A stretch of 64,000 bases of DNA from Thermoprotei archaeon (GTDB lineage Archaea; Thermoproteota; Thermoprotei_A; Sulfolobales; Ignisphaeraceae), in contig QMWT01000001.1 of the NCBI GenBank assembly GCA_003661775.1, forward strand, positions 1,199 through 65,198. Direction: 5' to 3'. Of this stretch, positions 1 to 9,557 are shown one piece after another; the first letter of the stretch is position 1; each line of letters starts with the position of its first letter. Made by a program: the position numbers and the translations under genes. Under the pieces are notes generated by a model, which was given only the letters and a program-made list of their open reading frames with translations, was not told the origin of the DNA and did not search any database.

Positions 1-365
1 GTATTGACTGCAAGCTGCATCCGAGAAGGTGTTCAGAAGTCCCAAACGCAAATATGCTCTACGTATATGTTGTTGCGAGCGCCGAGGGTTCGATGGTCAA
101 GGTAAACACCGTGTATCTGTTGAAGAAGCTGATACAGGTCGAGGGTCCGCGTATACTACAGGTTATCAACAATCTCGTGCTAACTCTTGTTAATGATGAA
201 AAGACGAGGGCATCGGTGGAGGACTTACTGTACCTAGTATCTATTGTTCGTAAGTATAGGAAGTATACTCAGGATATATTCGTGAAGGTGCCCGAAAACT
301 TGGACGAACTTAAGAAGTTTTCCCCGCTTGTAAGGAAGTTCTTCAGAGTTCTTAGGCGAGACTAG
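1..365 (+). CDS. hypothetical protein (first ATG at 54; the frame stays open back to the window edge, so it may be 5'-truncated)
   Basis: ORF track 54..365. I find no in-frame stop in nt 3-53. No motif recognised. Confidence 0.3.
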   Translation, partial: IDCKLHPRRCSEVPNANMLYVYVVASAEGSMVKVNTVYLLKKLIQVEGPRILQVINNLVLTLVNDEKTRASVEDLLYLVSIVRKYRKYTQDIFVKVPENLDELKKFSPLVRKFFRVLRRD

Positions 366-1139
366 CTACTCAATTAACTTCGGACCCTCGGCATCTACGT
401 AGAACCTTATAGGTCTGGACACGTGATGTACACCCTTCATCTTCCTCACCATAAGCTTCCTAACAGCACTATCTCCCGGCCCGGTTTCATCTGTGACCCA
501 GACCTCTATTACACCATCAACGAGGTGCTCTATGGAACGTAGGAACTTCTGCTGGTCGTCTGTCGATGTATGCAGAGTAGCAAACACCAAGATACCCTCG
601 CCTTTAGCTATAAGCGCCCTAAGCTTTCTTAGAACTTCAACCGTAGTTTTTTCGTTGTAGAGGAGGAGCAGTTCGTTAAGTGAATCCACCACCACAAGTC
701 CGCGTCCGCGCAGCTCTTTCTCAAGCACAACATCTATGATCGTGTACGGCAGCCTCTCAAGCTCATCAGGCTCTACCTCTCTTATAACACCATTAACTGC
801 TGGACGAGGATGTCCAAGTCTATATGAAAAACAGTCTATTATCATGAGCAGTTCGCGCTTTATCAACTGAGCTACATCTATTTTAAATGAGATGTAGTTT
901 TGGAGAACCGTTCTGGGATCATCATCCAGCGCTACGTATATTACAGGCTCTTCCCGCTCCATGAGCGCCTTTGTCATGTGTGCAACCAGAACACTTTTAC
1001 CAGCACCTCCTGGACCTGCTAGTATGATAAGAGAATTTCTGTAGACCCCCGAAGGAAGCACTCTGTCTAAGACTTCAACCCCTAACCGCACCTTATTCCA
1101 CGCAACTATTTCCGGGCTCCTCAAGGACACCCCCAGCAA
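366..1139 (-). CDS. KaiC/RecA-superfamily ATPase (single-domain archaeal KaiC-like)
   Basis: Walker A GPGGAGKS, Walker B-like LVVVDSLNEL and a C-terminal HLVDGVIEV block, a layout typical of KaiC/RadA-like ATPases. Confidence 0.75.
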   Translation of the reverse strand: MLGVSLRSPEIVAWNKVRLGVEVLDRVLPSGVYRNSLIILAGPGGAGKSVLVAHMTKALMEREEPVIYVALDDDPRTVLQNYISFKIDVAQLIKRELLMIIDCFSYRLGHPRPAVNGVIREVEPDELERLPYTIIDVVLEKELRGRGLVVVDSLNELLLLYNEKTTVEVLRKLRALIAKGEGILVFATLHTSTDDQQKFLRSIEHLVDGVIEVWVTDETGPGDSAVRKLMVRKMKGVHHVSRPIRFYVDAEGPKLIE

Positions 1140-1147
1140 ACGTATAG

Positions 1148-2845
1148 TTAAAAAGATTGATTCCCTTTTGAACTGTGTTGCTGAAGCTCGACTAGCTTCT
1201 CAAGTGCCTCTTGTTTTATGCTACGCTTAGCGATCTCATCCTTTAGAAGTCTCACGAATAATTCAGGGTTGACATCCTTAACTTGCAGGTTACGTCTTCC
1301 TCGTACCGTGATAGTGCCTTGCATAGCTTCTCGCATCCCCACTATGATCATATACGGCACCGCCTCGTCGTACGCTCTCTTAATCTTACGAGACACGGTC
1401 TCATCACCATCATCTATATCTACCCTTATCCCCTCGCTCTTCAGCAAGTTCACGATCCTAGCGGCGTAGTCACGTACTTTAGACACCATTGTAATCACAC
1501 GTACCTGCACTGGGCTAAGCCACGTTGGTAGGCGTCCCCCGAAGTTCTCGAGTATTATCGCCATGAACCTCTCAACGCTTCCTAGAATCGCGCGATGGAT
1601 CATTACCGGTCTCTTCTTCGACCCATCCCTATCGGTGTACTCAAGCGCAAATCTCTCTGGCAGAGCAAAGTCAACCTGTATTGTGCTGCACTGCCACCAC
1701 CTACCAAGACTATCTCTAAAATGCACGTCTATCTTGGGCCCGTAGAACGCCCCTTCGCCCTCTCTTACTTCGTAAGGAATCCCCAGCTCCTTAAGAGCTT
1801 CTTCAAGAGCTCTAGTAGCCTTATCCCACATCTCCTCGGTACCTATGTACTTTTCAGGCCTAGTAGACAGGTAGACTTTCACACCCTCACCGCGAAAACC
1901 AAAGAGTCCAAGGACGTACATGACCTCTTTAAGTATAGCTTTAATCTCATCCTTCACCTGATCCTCTCTCAGAAACGCATGACCATCGTCCTGAGTAAAA
2001 CCACGCACTCTGAGAAGTCCATAGAGCTCGCCGCGCTTCTCCCAACGGTATACTGTTCCAAATTCACTTAGCTTCAACGGTAAGTCGCGGTAACTCCTAG
2101 GCCTAGACTTGTATATCAGTATATGCCCTGGGCAGTTCATCGGTTTTAGTCCATACTCCTCATCCTCGACATTAGCGAGTACCATCTTGTCTCGATAAAG
2201 GTAGTAGTGCCCGCTGATCTTCCATAAAACCGAGCGATATACATGTGGTGTGTAGACCTCGCGATACCCGAGCCTTTCGTTGACTTCTCTTATCATTCTA
2301 ATTAGCTCCTCGCGTATCACTTGTCCTTTAGGATGATATATAACGAGCCCTGGCCCTACCTCTTCATGGAATGAGAATAGGTCTAGTTTTTGACCTATAA
2401 CTCTATGATCTCTCTCCGCAGCTTCTCTGAGCCACGCAAAATAGCTCTCCAGCTCTTCTTGGCTACCGAAAGCAACTCCGGAGAGCCTTAGTAACCTAAC
2501 TTCTGGCTCTGGGTTATGGGCAGAGATGTTCAGTATCTTCAACGCACCTACCTTTTTATTAGAAGGCCTCACACTAGGTTCAAGGAACGCCTTAACACCG
2601 TTCACAATGTACATAGCTGTTCTTTCAAGAAGTTTTGGAAGGCCTTCACTTTCAGAAGGTACCTTCTCAATGGTTACGCCTTCTATCTCTACTTCAACAA
2701 CTTTCTTCTCTATTTCAGAGGCCTTCTTCTCATCTAGCCAGACTCCAGGTTTCAGCGGCTGGAAGTCGCAATGGAATCCTCTGTCATCGATGCTGCAACC
2801 TAGGGGCTTCAACTGTTCGTTCATTTTCGAAACACAGTACTGCAC
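1148..2845 (-). CDS. thrS: threonyl-tRNA synthetase
   Basis: Class II core motifs YRWEKRGELYGLLRVRGFTQDDGH, GAFYGPKID and HRAILGSVERF, plus a C-terminal anticodon-binding region. The ORF starts with GTG at 2845; the ATG at 2824 (MNEQL) is an alternative start. Confidence 0.9.
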   Translation of the reverse strand: MQYCVSKMNEQLKPLGCSIDDRGFHCDFQPLKPGVWLDEKKASEIEKKVVEVEIEGVTIEKVPSESEGLPKLLERTAMYIVNGVKAFLEPSVRPSNKKVGALKILNISAHNPEPEVRLLRLSGVAFGSQEELESYFAWLREAAERDHRVIGQKLDLFSFHEEVGPGLVIYHPKGQVIREELIRMIREVNERLGYREVYTPHVYRSVLWKISGHYYLYRDKMVLANVEDEEYGLKPMNCPGHILIYKSRPRSYRDLPLKLSEFGTVYRWEKRGELYGLLRVRGFTQDDGHAFLREDQVKDEIKAILKEVMYVLGLFGFRGEGVKVYLSTRPEKYIGTEEMWDKATRALEEALKELGIPYEVREGEGAFYGPKIDVHFRDSLGRWWQCSTIQVDFALPERFALEYTDRDGSKKRPVMIHRAILGSVERFMAIILENFGGRLPTWLSPVQVRVITMVSKVRDYAARIVNLLKSEGIRVDIDDGDETVSRKIKRAYDEAVPYMIIVGMREAMQGTITVRGRRNLQVKDVNPELFVRLLKDEIAKRSIKQEALEKLVELQQHSSKGNQSF

Positions 2846-2954
2846 TAGAAGACCTGCACGTGCAAGTAGCTCTGGGTCTAGTGCTTTAAACGCGTTTGGC
2901 GCATCTTGTCACCGGCTATCTCTAGTTCTTATGTCGCGGTTTATATAGTGTTCG

Positions 2955-3551
2955 TCATACTCTAGGAACACATCTACGCACGAAACACCCGATATCCAGG
3001 ATATTCTTCATCACCACCTTGTTGGGGTCCTCGGAACCCTCTCTCAACCGAGACAAAAGCGTTTGTAGCTCATCTTGTCCGTACAGCGCCAAAGCCACTC
3101 CTACTACGCGTCCATCTGAAGCATCCACCACGGCTACAAACATCCTCTTTGCTATAGGAGGATACACTTTCTCTACTGATTGCAGCAGTATATCATTTCC
3201 GTAAAGGAATGCCTTAACCCCCCGCTCTTTGACTTCAACAGCTGATATGTATGTGTTTACACACTTGTAGATAATCTCAAAGAGCCATGGAGAAGGAATA
3301 AACATGTTCTTAGTTAAGAAGCCTAGGTTTAACCCGGCGTACACCGCGCCTTTAGAGATCCCGGCATCTAGATGCATATGCTTGGCAGCTTGGCGGGATA
3401 CCGCAACAAACAGTTTCATACCCAAATATTTCGAAGTCATGAGATCGAATTCTTCAAGGCATGCTGCTAAGCCTGTACCCATGTTATCTAGGAATTTCAT
3501 TAATTTGGTAAGACCCGCCCTACTTAGGCGCGTGTTCTTCTCAGCACACAT
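2955..3551 (-). CDS. PUA-domain protein, Nip7-like
   Basis: The C-terminal VEVKERGVKAFLYGNDIL...VAVVDASDGRVVGVALALY looks like a PUA fold. It overlaps the upstream m5C methyltransferase gene by 28 nt, which suggests an operon. Confidence 0.45.
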   Translation of the reverse strand: MCAEKNTRLSRAGLTKLMKFLDNMGTGLAACLEEFDLMTSKYLGMKLFVAVSRQAAKHMHLDAGISKGAVYAGLNLGFLTKNMFIPSPWLFEIIYKCVNTYISAVEVKERGVKAFLYGNDILLQSVEKVYPPIAKRMFVAVVDASDGRVVGVALALYGQDELQTLLSRLREGSEDPNKVVMKNILDIGCFVRRCVPRV

Positions 3552-4564
3552 ATGAAGAACCCCTCAGTCCCGTGTCTATGGGGCCAAAGCCTCAAGCACT
3601 TCCTCACATCTTTACTAAACTTTAGTTCTCTAAAACTCGTAAGTCCTTCAGAACCTACGTTCAGCCTAGGCTCAATCACCTCTACGTCGTTCCGAAGATC
3701 TATTACTTTGTTAACTACATATTCATTTTCTTCAGGTGCTATACTGCAGGTCGAATAGACTATTACACCACCATTTTTAGCCATTTCGATAGCTGCATAC
3801 AACATCTCGATCTCCCGAGCCACAAGCCTCGCTAAGTCTTCAATAGATGTCTTCCGTTTCCGTTCAGGATCGAACATTATAGCTCCTTCAGCGCTACAAG
3901 GAGCATCTAACAAAACCCTGTCGAATCTCAGACGAAGCTTTAAGGGTAGCTCTCTAGCGTCGAAACAGGTCACCACAGTGTTGACTATTCCTAAACGCAT
4001 CAGATTCTCTATGAGAGCTGGCAGTCTTGTCTTAGCCTTGTCGTTCGCCACGAGGAACCCTCTATTCTTCATGAGCTGAGCTATGTGAGTTGCCTTACCC
4101 CCGGGAGCTGCCGCCATGTCCAGCACAAGCTCGTTAGGATGAGGATCTAGAAGTAATGGGGGGAGGAGCGCCGCGATATCTCTGTAAACATAGTAGAAGC
4201 CTTTGAAGTATTCATGAGTGGCGCCCAGAGAAGGTGAAGTAGGTGTTTTCACAACACGAAAACAGTAATCCTTGCACCACTCCACGGGCTTGGGTCCGAA
4301 TCCTAGACGTTCTAGTCTCTTGGTAAGTGATTCGCAATCGATCTTCAACGTATTGCATCTTATTGCGGGTGGTGGTCTTCTTTCAAATGCTTGTAAGAGT
4401 TTGTAGGCTTCTTCCAAGCCTAGCATATCAACGTATCTCTGTACCATGTAGGGGCGGTAGCCAAAAATCTTCGCAATTCTCCTAATGCTTACAGGGATCC
4501 TCTCCTCACTAAGTTGTATTTCTCTCAGCACATCACGGTAATCGACTCTTATGGTACGCACCAT
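3524..4564 (-). CDS. NOL1/NOP2/Sun-family RNA cytosine-C5 methyltransferase
   Basis: SAM site DMAAAPGGKATH; catalytic Cys motifs DAPCSAEG and YSTCSIAPEENE. Confidence 0.85.
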   Translation of the reverse strand: MVRTIRVDYRDVLREIQLSEERIPVSIRRIAKIFGYRPYMVQRYVDMLGLEEAYKLLQAFERRPPPAIRCNTLKIDCESLTKRLERLGFGPKPVEWCKDYCFRVVKTPTSPSLGATHEYFKGFYYVYRDIAALLPPLLLDPHPNELVLDMAAAPGGKATHIAQLMKNRGFLVANDKAKTRLPALIENLMRLGIVNTVVTCFDARELPLKLRLRFDRVLLDAPCSAEGAIMFDPERKRKTSIEDLARLVAREIEMLYAAIEMAKNGGVIVYSTCSIAPEENEYVVNKVIDLRNDVEVIEPRLNVGSEGLTSFRELKFSKDVRKCLRLWPHRHGTEGFFICVLRRTRA

Positions 4565-4571
4565 GTACGGA

Positions 4572-4630
4572 TACCATCAGTAATCCGATAACACATCATC
4601 TGGTCAGCCAGCGGCGATTCATCATAACCA
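4572..4630 (-). ncRNA. C/D box sRNA (2'-O-methylation guide)
   Basis: Minus strand: AUGAUGA (4624-4618), 11 nt, CUGA (4606-4603), 4 nt, AUGAUGU (4598-4592), 12 nt, CUGA (4579-4576). This is the canonical archaeal box order and spacing. Confidence 0.75.
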
Positions 4631-4642
4631 GGAAACTTGCGC

Positions 4643-5887
4643 TCAGGAATACTCTAGGTACTCAAGCGATAAGAGTTTAGCTATTCTTCTAAGCCTAGCA
4701 CGCTGATCGGCCACCATCAACACGTGGTGATTAGCCGGTACCATGTCTAGCAGTGTTTCTTTATCCAAGTTCCCTATATCGACTATCGCTTGGGTCCTAC
4801 AGCGATTCCTAGATAGCATACCGCTTCTCACCATTCTTGCCCTAGCTACCCCCAGCACCATGAAGTCGTAGCTAAGTGATGTTAGTGTCCACTTATCTTT
4901 ACCAAATGATGCCGCGATGCCAAGAGGTCTCCCTGATTCGAAGTGAGGTACTGCACGTAGCGTCTGAACTATATCGAATGCAGCTGTACAGTGTGCTAGT
5001 ACAAGTCTCCCGTTTTCAAACCCGCTTGGATTCGCAATCCAGCCGCTGTGTCCGGTGAGCCCACGCGCTATCACCATAAGCGCTAGGGCTTGCAGATCTC
5101 CCTCACATCCTGCGACAACACCGATGCTATTGAGGTATGCTAGGGGTATACAGGGTGTAAATCCTCTGCGTAGTATGTAGGGGAAACAATCCATCGTTAT
5201 GTAGTTTAGCGACTTGTCCTCCACCAACCTATGCATAGCCGCACATAGTCTAGCTATCTCGGTTATAGTACTCCCATCTACCCCTAGTTTCTCACTAAGT
5301 ACATCAGCCACCTCGTCAACGCTCTCCTTATCAACGTTCTTAAGGTATGTATCGAGCTCTTCGTAAGTTATAGGAACTGTTTCCGAGTCCGCAAACATCT
5401 CATAGTCCAGCATCTCATCGTCCTTATCATCCCGTCCTATGACCCCTACTCTCTTCCTTAGAAGCATGCTGAGTGTGTGCGCTACAGTAACAGCCTCATT
5501 GATCGCATTACGACAGGAATACCCTAGTTCTTCACAATAGAATATTGTCGTGGGTTTACCCTCAATATCGAGTCTTGCTCTCACAGATACTGCCGAAGCT
5601 AAGCTGTTATGCTCACCATGTGCCAGCAGTACACTACATTTAAAATCTCCTACCTCAATGAACCTTCTCGCAATTCTGCTACTACCACCCGTAAGCACTA
5701 GAAGAATAGGCACAACAACCTTATCACCGAGCTTTTTAGCCAGAACACCAGCCTCCTCAATATCTGTCACGGGCTCCAGTACCTCAACCCCGTGACTATT
5801 TAGGTGCGCCTGGAATTCATCAAGTACACCACGGTAGTACTCCTCGCCGTGAACCTTAGATGCAAAAGGCACTGCGACGAGTCTCAT
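4643..5887 (-). CDS. fucose/arabinose-isomerase-like protein (tentative)
   Basis: Size and general resemblance to FucI/AraA-like sugar isomerases, from memory only. No diagnostic motif verified. Confidence 0.35.
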   Translation of the reverse strand: MRLVAVPFASKVHGEEYYRGVLDEFQAHLNSHGVEVLEPVTDIEEAGVLAKKLGDKVVVPILLVLTGGSSRIARRFIEVGDFKCSVLLAHGEHNSLASAVSVRARLDIEGKPTTIFYCEELGYSCRNAINEAVTVAHTLSMLLRKRVGVIGRDDKDDEMLDYEMFADSETVPITYEELDTYLKNVDKESVDEVADVLSEKLGVDGSTITEIARLCAAMHRLVEDKSLNYITMDCFPYILRRGFTPCIPLAYLNSIGVVAGCEGDLQALALMVIARGLTGHSGWIANPSGFENGRLVLAHCTAAFDIVQTLRAVPHFESGRPLGIAASFGKDKWTLTSLSYDFMVLGVARARMVRSGMLSRNRCRTQAIVDIGNLDKETLLDMVPANHHVLMVADQRARLRRIAKLLSLEYLEYS

Positions 5888-5918
5888 TTTCTTTCACACC
5901 TTTGTGTAGCCACTCGGG

Positions 5919-7271
5919 CTAGAAAATTAGTCCTACAACGAAATCATTAACATTAGTTCCCGTGTATCCTGTCATTATAGCCAGTCCCACTTTTGAGAAG
6001 AAGGTGTAGCTATCGTTGTTCTCTAGGTACTTGAGGGGGTCTAAGCCCTTCTCCAGCGCTTTTTCAACCGTACTCCCATCTACTAGAGCTCCAGCAGCGG
6101 GACTGACCCCATCCACACCATCGCTGCCCATACACCCGAATACTATGTTCCTATATCCATGGATACCGAGGGCTATAGATAGGCACAGCTCCTGGTTTCT
6201 ACCGCCTACACCGTTACCCTTTACCGTGACAGTGGTTTCGCCACCTGCCAGTAACGCTGCTGGTCGCGATGCTAGATAGCCCCTATCAGCTATGCTCTTA
6301 GCGATGGCGGCGAGAACCTTTCCTACTTCCCGTGCTTCTCCTTCGAGATACGGAGTTAGTATCACTGCGCGATACCCTTTCGCCTCTAGATACTGAGCCA
6401 TCGCCTCCAGAGAGATAGCGTTGCTGGCAACTATGATGTTGCGCACCTTCTTAAGGACTTCGTCTCCTGGTTTAACCGTTTCAGGTACCTCACCTTTAAC
6501 TCCTCTTTCGAGCCACTCCCTGATCCTGGCGGGGATTTTTTTCCAGAGACCATACTTCCTGAGAACCTCAACAGCTTGCTTAAATGTTGTGGCGTCGGGA
6601 GCTGTAGGGCCTGATGCTATTGTATCTAGTCTATCTCCAACAACATCGCTTATTATGAGCGAGTAGACCTTCTTAGCTCTTATTTTCCTCAGCAGCTTGC
6701 CTCCTTTAACAGCCGAGAGGTGTTTTCTAACGGTGTTAAGCTCAACTATATCCGCACCGGCCCTCATGAGGTCCTTAGAGATCTGGGCTATCTCGCTAAG
6801 CTCTATATCGTCCTCGGGCAACTCAAAAAGTGCTGAACCCCCTCCAGAGATCAGCACTAGCACGACGTCATCGGGTTCAACAGCTTCTTCGAGGTATTGC
6901 AATAGTCTGCGCGAAGATTTCAGAGTATTCTCTCCTGGAACGGGGTGATCGCCTTTCACGATCTCTACAGGGCCTATCCTACCTTCATAGAAGGGGGATA
7001 TTGCAACTCCTCCCTGCACAGCATCCCCCACAACATTGATGACCCCCTTAACCATTCCCACAGACGCCTTACCGAAGCCTACTACGTGTAGCCTCCTCAA
7101 CTCGATCTCGTCACCTGTTATCGACAGCCTGGAGTCTCTTCGTTGTAGTACTTTCTCTACTACTTTCTGAGGATCAGCGGCTGCTAGCCCTACTTGTAGA
7201 GCTTCAAGAATGGTTCTATGAAATGGTGTTATCGCAAGTTCGTCGAAGTTCTTTATACGCAAAACTCTCAC
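5919..7271 (-). CDS. glycerate 2-kinase (MOFRL family)
   Basis: N-terminal GFGKASVGM region and the C-terminal MOFRL signature GGETTVTVKGNGVGGRNQE. Confidence 0.8.
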   Translation of the reverse strand: MRVLRIKNFDELAITPFHRTILEALQVGLAAADPQKVVEKVLQRRDSRLSITGDEIELRRLHVVGFGKASVGMVKGVINVVGDAVQGGVAISPFYEGRIGPVEIVKGDHPVPGENTLKSSRRLLQYLEEAVEPDDVVLVLISGGGSALFELPEDDIELSEIAQISKDLMRAGADIVELNTVRKHLSAVKGGKLLRKIRAKKVYSLIISDVVGDRLDTIASGPTAPDATTFKQAVEVLRKYGLWKKIPARIREWLERGVKGEVPETVKPGDEVLKKVRNIIVASNAISLEAMAQYLEAKGYRAVILTPYLEGEAREVGKVLAAIAKSIADRGYLASRPAALLAGGETTVTVKGNGVGGRNQELCLSIALGIHGYRNIVFGCMGSDGVDGVSPAAGALVDGSTVEKALEKGLDPLKYLENNDSYTFFSKVGLAIMTGYTGTNVNDFVVGLIF

Positions 7272-7316
7272 CGAGACACTATTAGCAGAGACTAGCTTTA
7301 TTAGAAGTTCCGTTGG

Positions 7317-8225
7317 TTGAGACTAGCACAGAGCGTTCTTAAATCTCAAGAGCGTAACCTAGGCTACGGTGAGTTTTGTGTGCCGCGTTGCTTGACCAGG
7401 CTTTATTTTGGTCCTGCCGGCGTACCACATGCCGCTAAGAGAAGGTCAACTATAGAGGGTGTTAGAACAGTCAGGGAGCTTGGACTAGACGCTATGGAGA
7501 TCGAATTCGTTAGAGGCGTCAGGATGTCGGAAACCATGGCCCAGAAGGTCAGAGAAGAAGCGCAGAACCTAGGAATCGTACTTACAGTCCACGCACCATA
7601 CTACATCAATCTCAATTCCGACGATCCTAACAAGGTCGAGGCAAGCAAAGAGAGGATCTACCAAAGCGCGAAGATAGGGTTTATCGCAGGTGCATGGAGT
7701 GTCGTGTTCCATCCAGGTTACTACGGAAAGAGAAGCTCTGAAGAAACCTATAGAAGAATAAGAGACGCGGTGAGGGACGTCGTAGAGAGGTTGAAGTCTG
7801 AGGGTATTGATATATGGTTAAGACCCGAGACTATGGGGGGATTGGCGGAGTTCGGAAGTCTGGAGGAAGTTGTGAAGCTGTCCCAAGATCTAGACCTATC
7901 CATCCTGCCGTGCATAGACTTTGCACATATCCATGCGAGAAGCCGAGGAGGCTACAACTCGTATGAAGAGCTCAGACAATTAATGGAGTACATAGAGCGC
8001 GAACTTGGTAAGGATGCCCTGCACTCCATGCATATACACGTAAGCGGTATAAGGTACGGTGATAGAGGCGAAATAGAGCATCTAAATCTAGAAGAATCAG
8101 ATCTTAACTACAAAGCCGTGATAAAGGTGCTCAAAGAATTCAACGTGGCTGGAGTCGTAATATCGGAATCTCCTAATCTAGAGGAAGATGCTATCCTGTT
8201 GAAGAAGTTATACGAGGAGACGTAA
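7317..8225 (+). CDS. nfo: endonuclease IV-like protein (AP endonuclease family 2, TIM barrel)
   Basis: HAPYYINL, VFHPGYYG, ETMGG, IDFAHIHA and HIHVSG follow the metal-ligand pattern of the family. The in-frame TTG at 7392 is a plausible alternative start. Confidence 0.55.
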   Translation: MRLAQSVLKSQERNLGYGEFCVPRCLTRLYFGPAGVPHAAKRRSTIEGVRTVRELGLDAMEIEFVRGVRMSETMAQKVREEAQNLGIVLTVHAPYYINLNSDDPNKVEASKERIYQSAKIGFIAGAWSVVFHPGYYGKRSSEETYRRIRDAVRDVVERLKSEGIDIWLRPETMGGLAEFGSLEEVVKLSQDLDLSILPCIDFAHIHARSRGGYNSYEELRQLMEYIERELGKDALHSMHIHVSGIRYGDRGEIEHLNLEESDLNYKAVIKVLKEFNVAGVVISESPNLEEDAILLKKLYEET

Positions 8226-8349
8226 TACGGAAAACAGTAGTGCGAAGACATAAGATGTTTGCCTGCTCGCGTAGTGAAGCACGTCATCGCCTCGGAGCAT
8301 CATACTTATAAAACTAAGCTACATTACGAACTTAACGGTAGAGCCCTCT

Positions 8350-8427
8350 GGGCCCGTAGCTCAGCCAGGACAGAGCGCCGGCCTCCTAAGCCGGTGGTCG
8401 GGGGTTCAAATCCCCCCGGGCCCGCCA
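8350..8427 (+). tRNA. tRNA-Arg (anticodon CCU), CCA encoded
   Basis: Hand-folded cloverleaf: acceptor GGGCCCG/CGGGCCC, D stem GCUC/GAGC, anticodon stem CCGGC/GCCGG with loop CUCCUAA, T arm GGGGG-UUCAAAU-CCCCC. Confidence 0.95.
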
Positions 8428-8715
8428 CACCACCTGGTTCCTCATGAAAGCATACACATATTAGCCAATGATTCCTAGTTCTCGAATCTTCTAGGAACTC
8501 ATGCTTGAGTTCTGATTTTCGGCGTTCAAGAGAGTTGGTGTCAGGACTCTGAGTGATGGTGTTGGGTATAGCATCCTTAGGGTTGCCAAGGATAGGCTAA
8601 GCTTTATAATGGCTGTAAGCTTCTCGGTATTGCTAAATCGAGTCTACATAGGTACTTACCAGGTGAGCATGATGCTAGACGAGATTGTTAAGAGCATTTT
8701 CAAGAGCAAGACATG

Positions 8716-9018
8716 TTAGGCTTCATACATAATTCTAATTATTTTCCCTGTCTCTACGTCTAAGACTATTTTGAAGGTTTTTCCTTGAGGCCTCCTCACA
8801 CCTTTAACTATTAGGACTTTTCTTGGAGGCTTGCCAGCCTCAACAACTTGTTCCTTAAAGCTCTTCATAACCGCCTCTACTTCCTCATTAGCCTCAAAGA
8901 AGTCATCCCTTACATCGGTAGGGCCAATTATACCTACCTTATAAACACATAAACATCTGCAATCCTTAACAAGCTTCAACCCAACATAGCGATCCTCAAA
9001 AAACACCACTTCCTTCAA
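8716..9018 (-). CDS. hypothetical protein
   Basis: ORF only; no motif recognised. Confidence 0.3.
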   Translation of the reverse strand: MKEVVFFEDRYVGLKLVKDCRCLCVYKVGIIGPTDVRDDFFEANEEVEAVMKSFKEQVVEAGKPPRKVLIVKGVRRPQGKTFKIVLDVETGKIIRIMYEA

Positions 9019-9070
9019 AAAGCCTCCACCAAGAGTAAATGAGTTACTTTTCCTTAATCTTTTTGACTTG

Positions 9071-9328
9071 TCACGTAAAGTGATTCAAGTCAGCTGTAGG
9101 AACTCTTGGTTTTCTCTTTGCCAAAGCTTTTAATTTTGAAGCCTCTACCAACTCCTTTACACATGGCTGAGGTGCAGGTAGGGGACTTCTCACTTTTGCA
9201 GAACCCACAACTATAATTGCGACATTGCAAGGGTTTGCGGAAATCGTAGACTCACGCAGCCGAGATGTTCTATACGGAATTCCCACAATATTTTCGGCTT
9301 CTTGGAGTAGAACAGGGGTTATTATCAT
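9071..9328 (-). CDS. hypothetical protein
   Basis: ORF only; no motif recognised. Confidence 0.25.
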   Translation of the reverse strand: MIITPVLLQEAENIVGIPYRTSRLRESTISANPCNVAIIVVGSAKVRSPLPAPQPCVKELVEASKLKALAKRKPRVPTADLNHFT

Positions 9329-9557
9329 AGTTGATATCTAGGAATGTTGATGTTTCTAAGTTTGGTGGAGGCCCTGTAGCATAATTTCAGCGTGTTGTCG
9401 AGAAGTACTGTTGAGAAGCCGTTCTTGGGAATTAGCACATTATCAAACCTTTTGAACTGTTCAAAATCGAAAGCTCTGGAGCTTAAGACTGAGATAGAAA
9501 GCGTACAGCTTCTGCTAGGATGGAATTCATGAAGTTGAGTGTATACATATGGTATTG

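Noticed and set aside
1148-2845. Whether this 565-aa ThrRS is the crenarchaeal catalytic-only form lacking the N-terminal editing domain.
   Set aside because: The N-terminal region of about 150 aa is unfamiliar to me, but I cannot decide the question without an alignment to editing-domain profiles. I make no claim.
8350-8427. The near-identical acceptor stem, D stem and T arm shared by tRNA-Arg (8350-8427) and tRNA-CAU (49876-49952), considered as a dispersed repeat or duplicated att site.
   Set aside because: Both are complete, independently foldable tRNAs with different anticodon arms. The similarity reflects the GC-rich stems that hyperthermophile tRNAs have in common.
8259-8447. 62-aa ORF across tRNA-Arg.
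   Set aside because: It reads through a clear tRNA gene, so it is spurious.
8428-8715. A 288-nt gap after tRNA-Arg containing a hairpin (UUCCUAG...CUAGGAA), a partial GUGAUGG/CUGA pair and a 36-codon ATG ORF (8609..8719).
   Set aside because: Box spacing does not fit a C/D sRNA, the hairpin is short, and the ORF has no support beyond being open.
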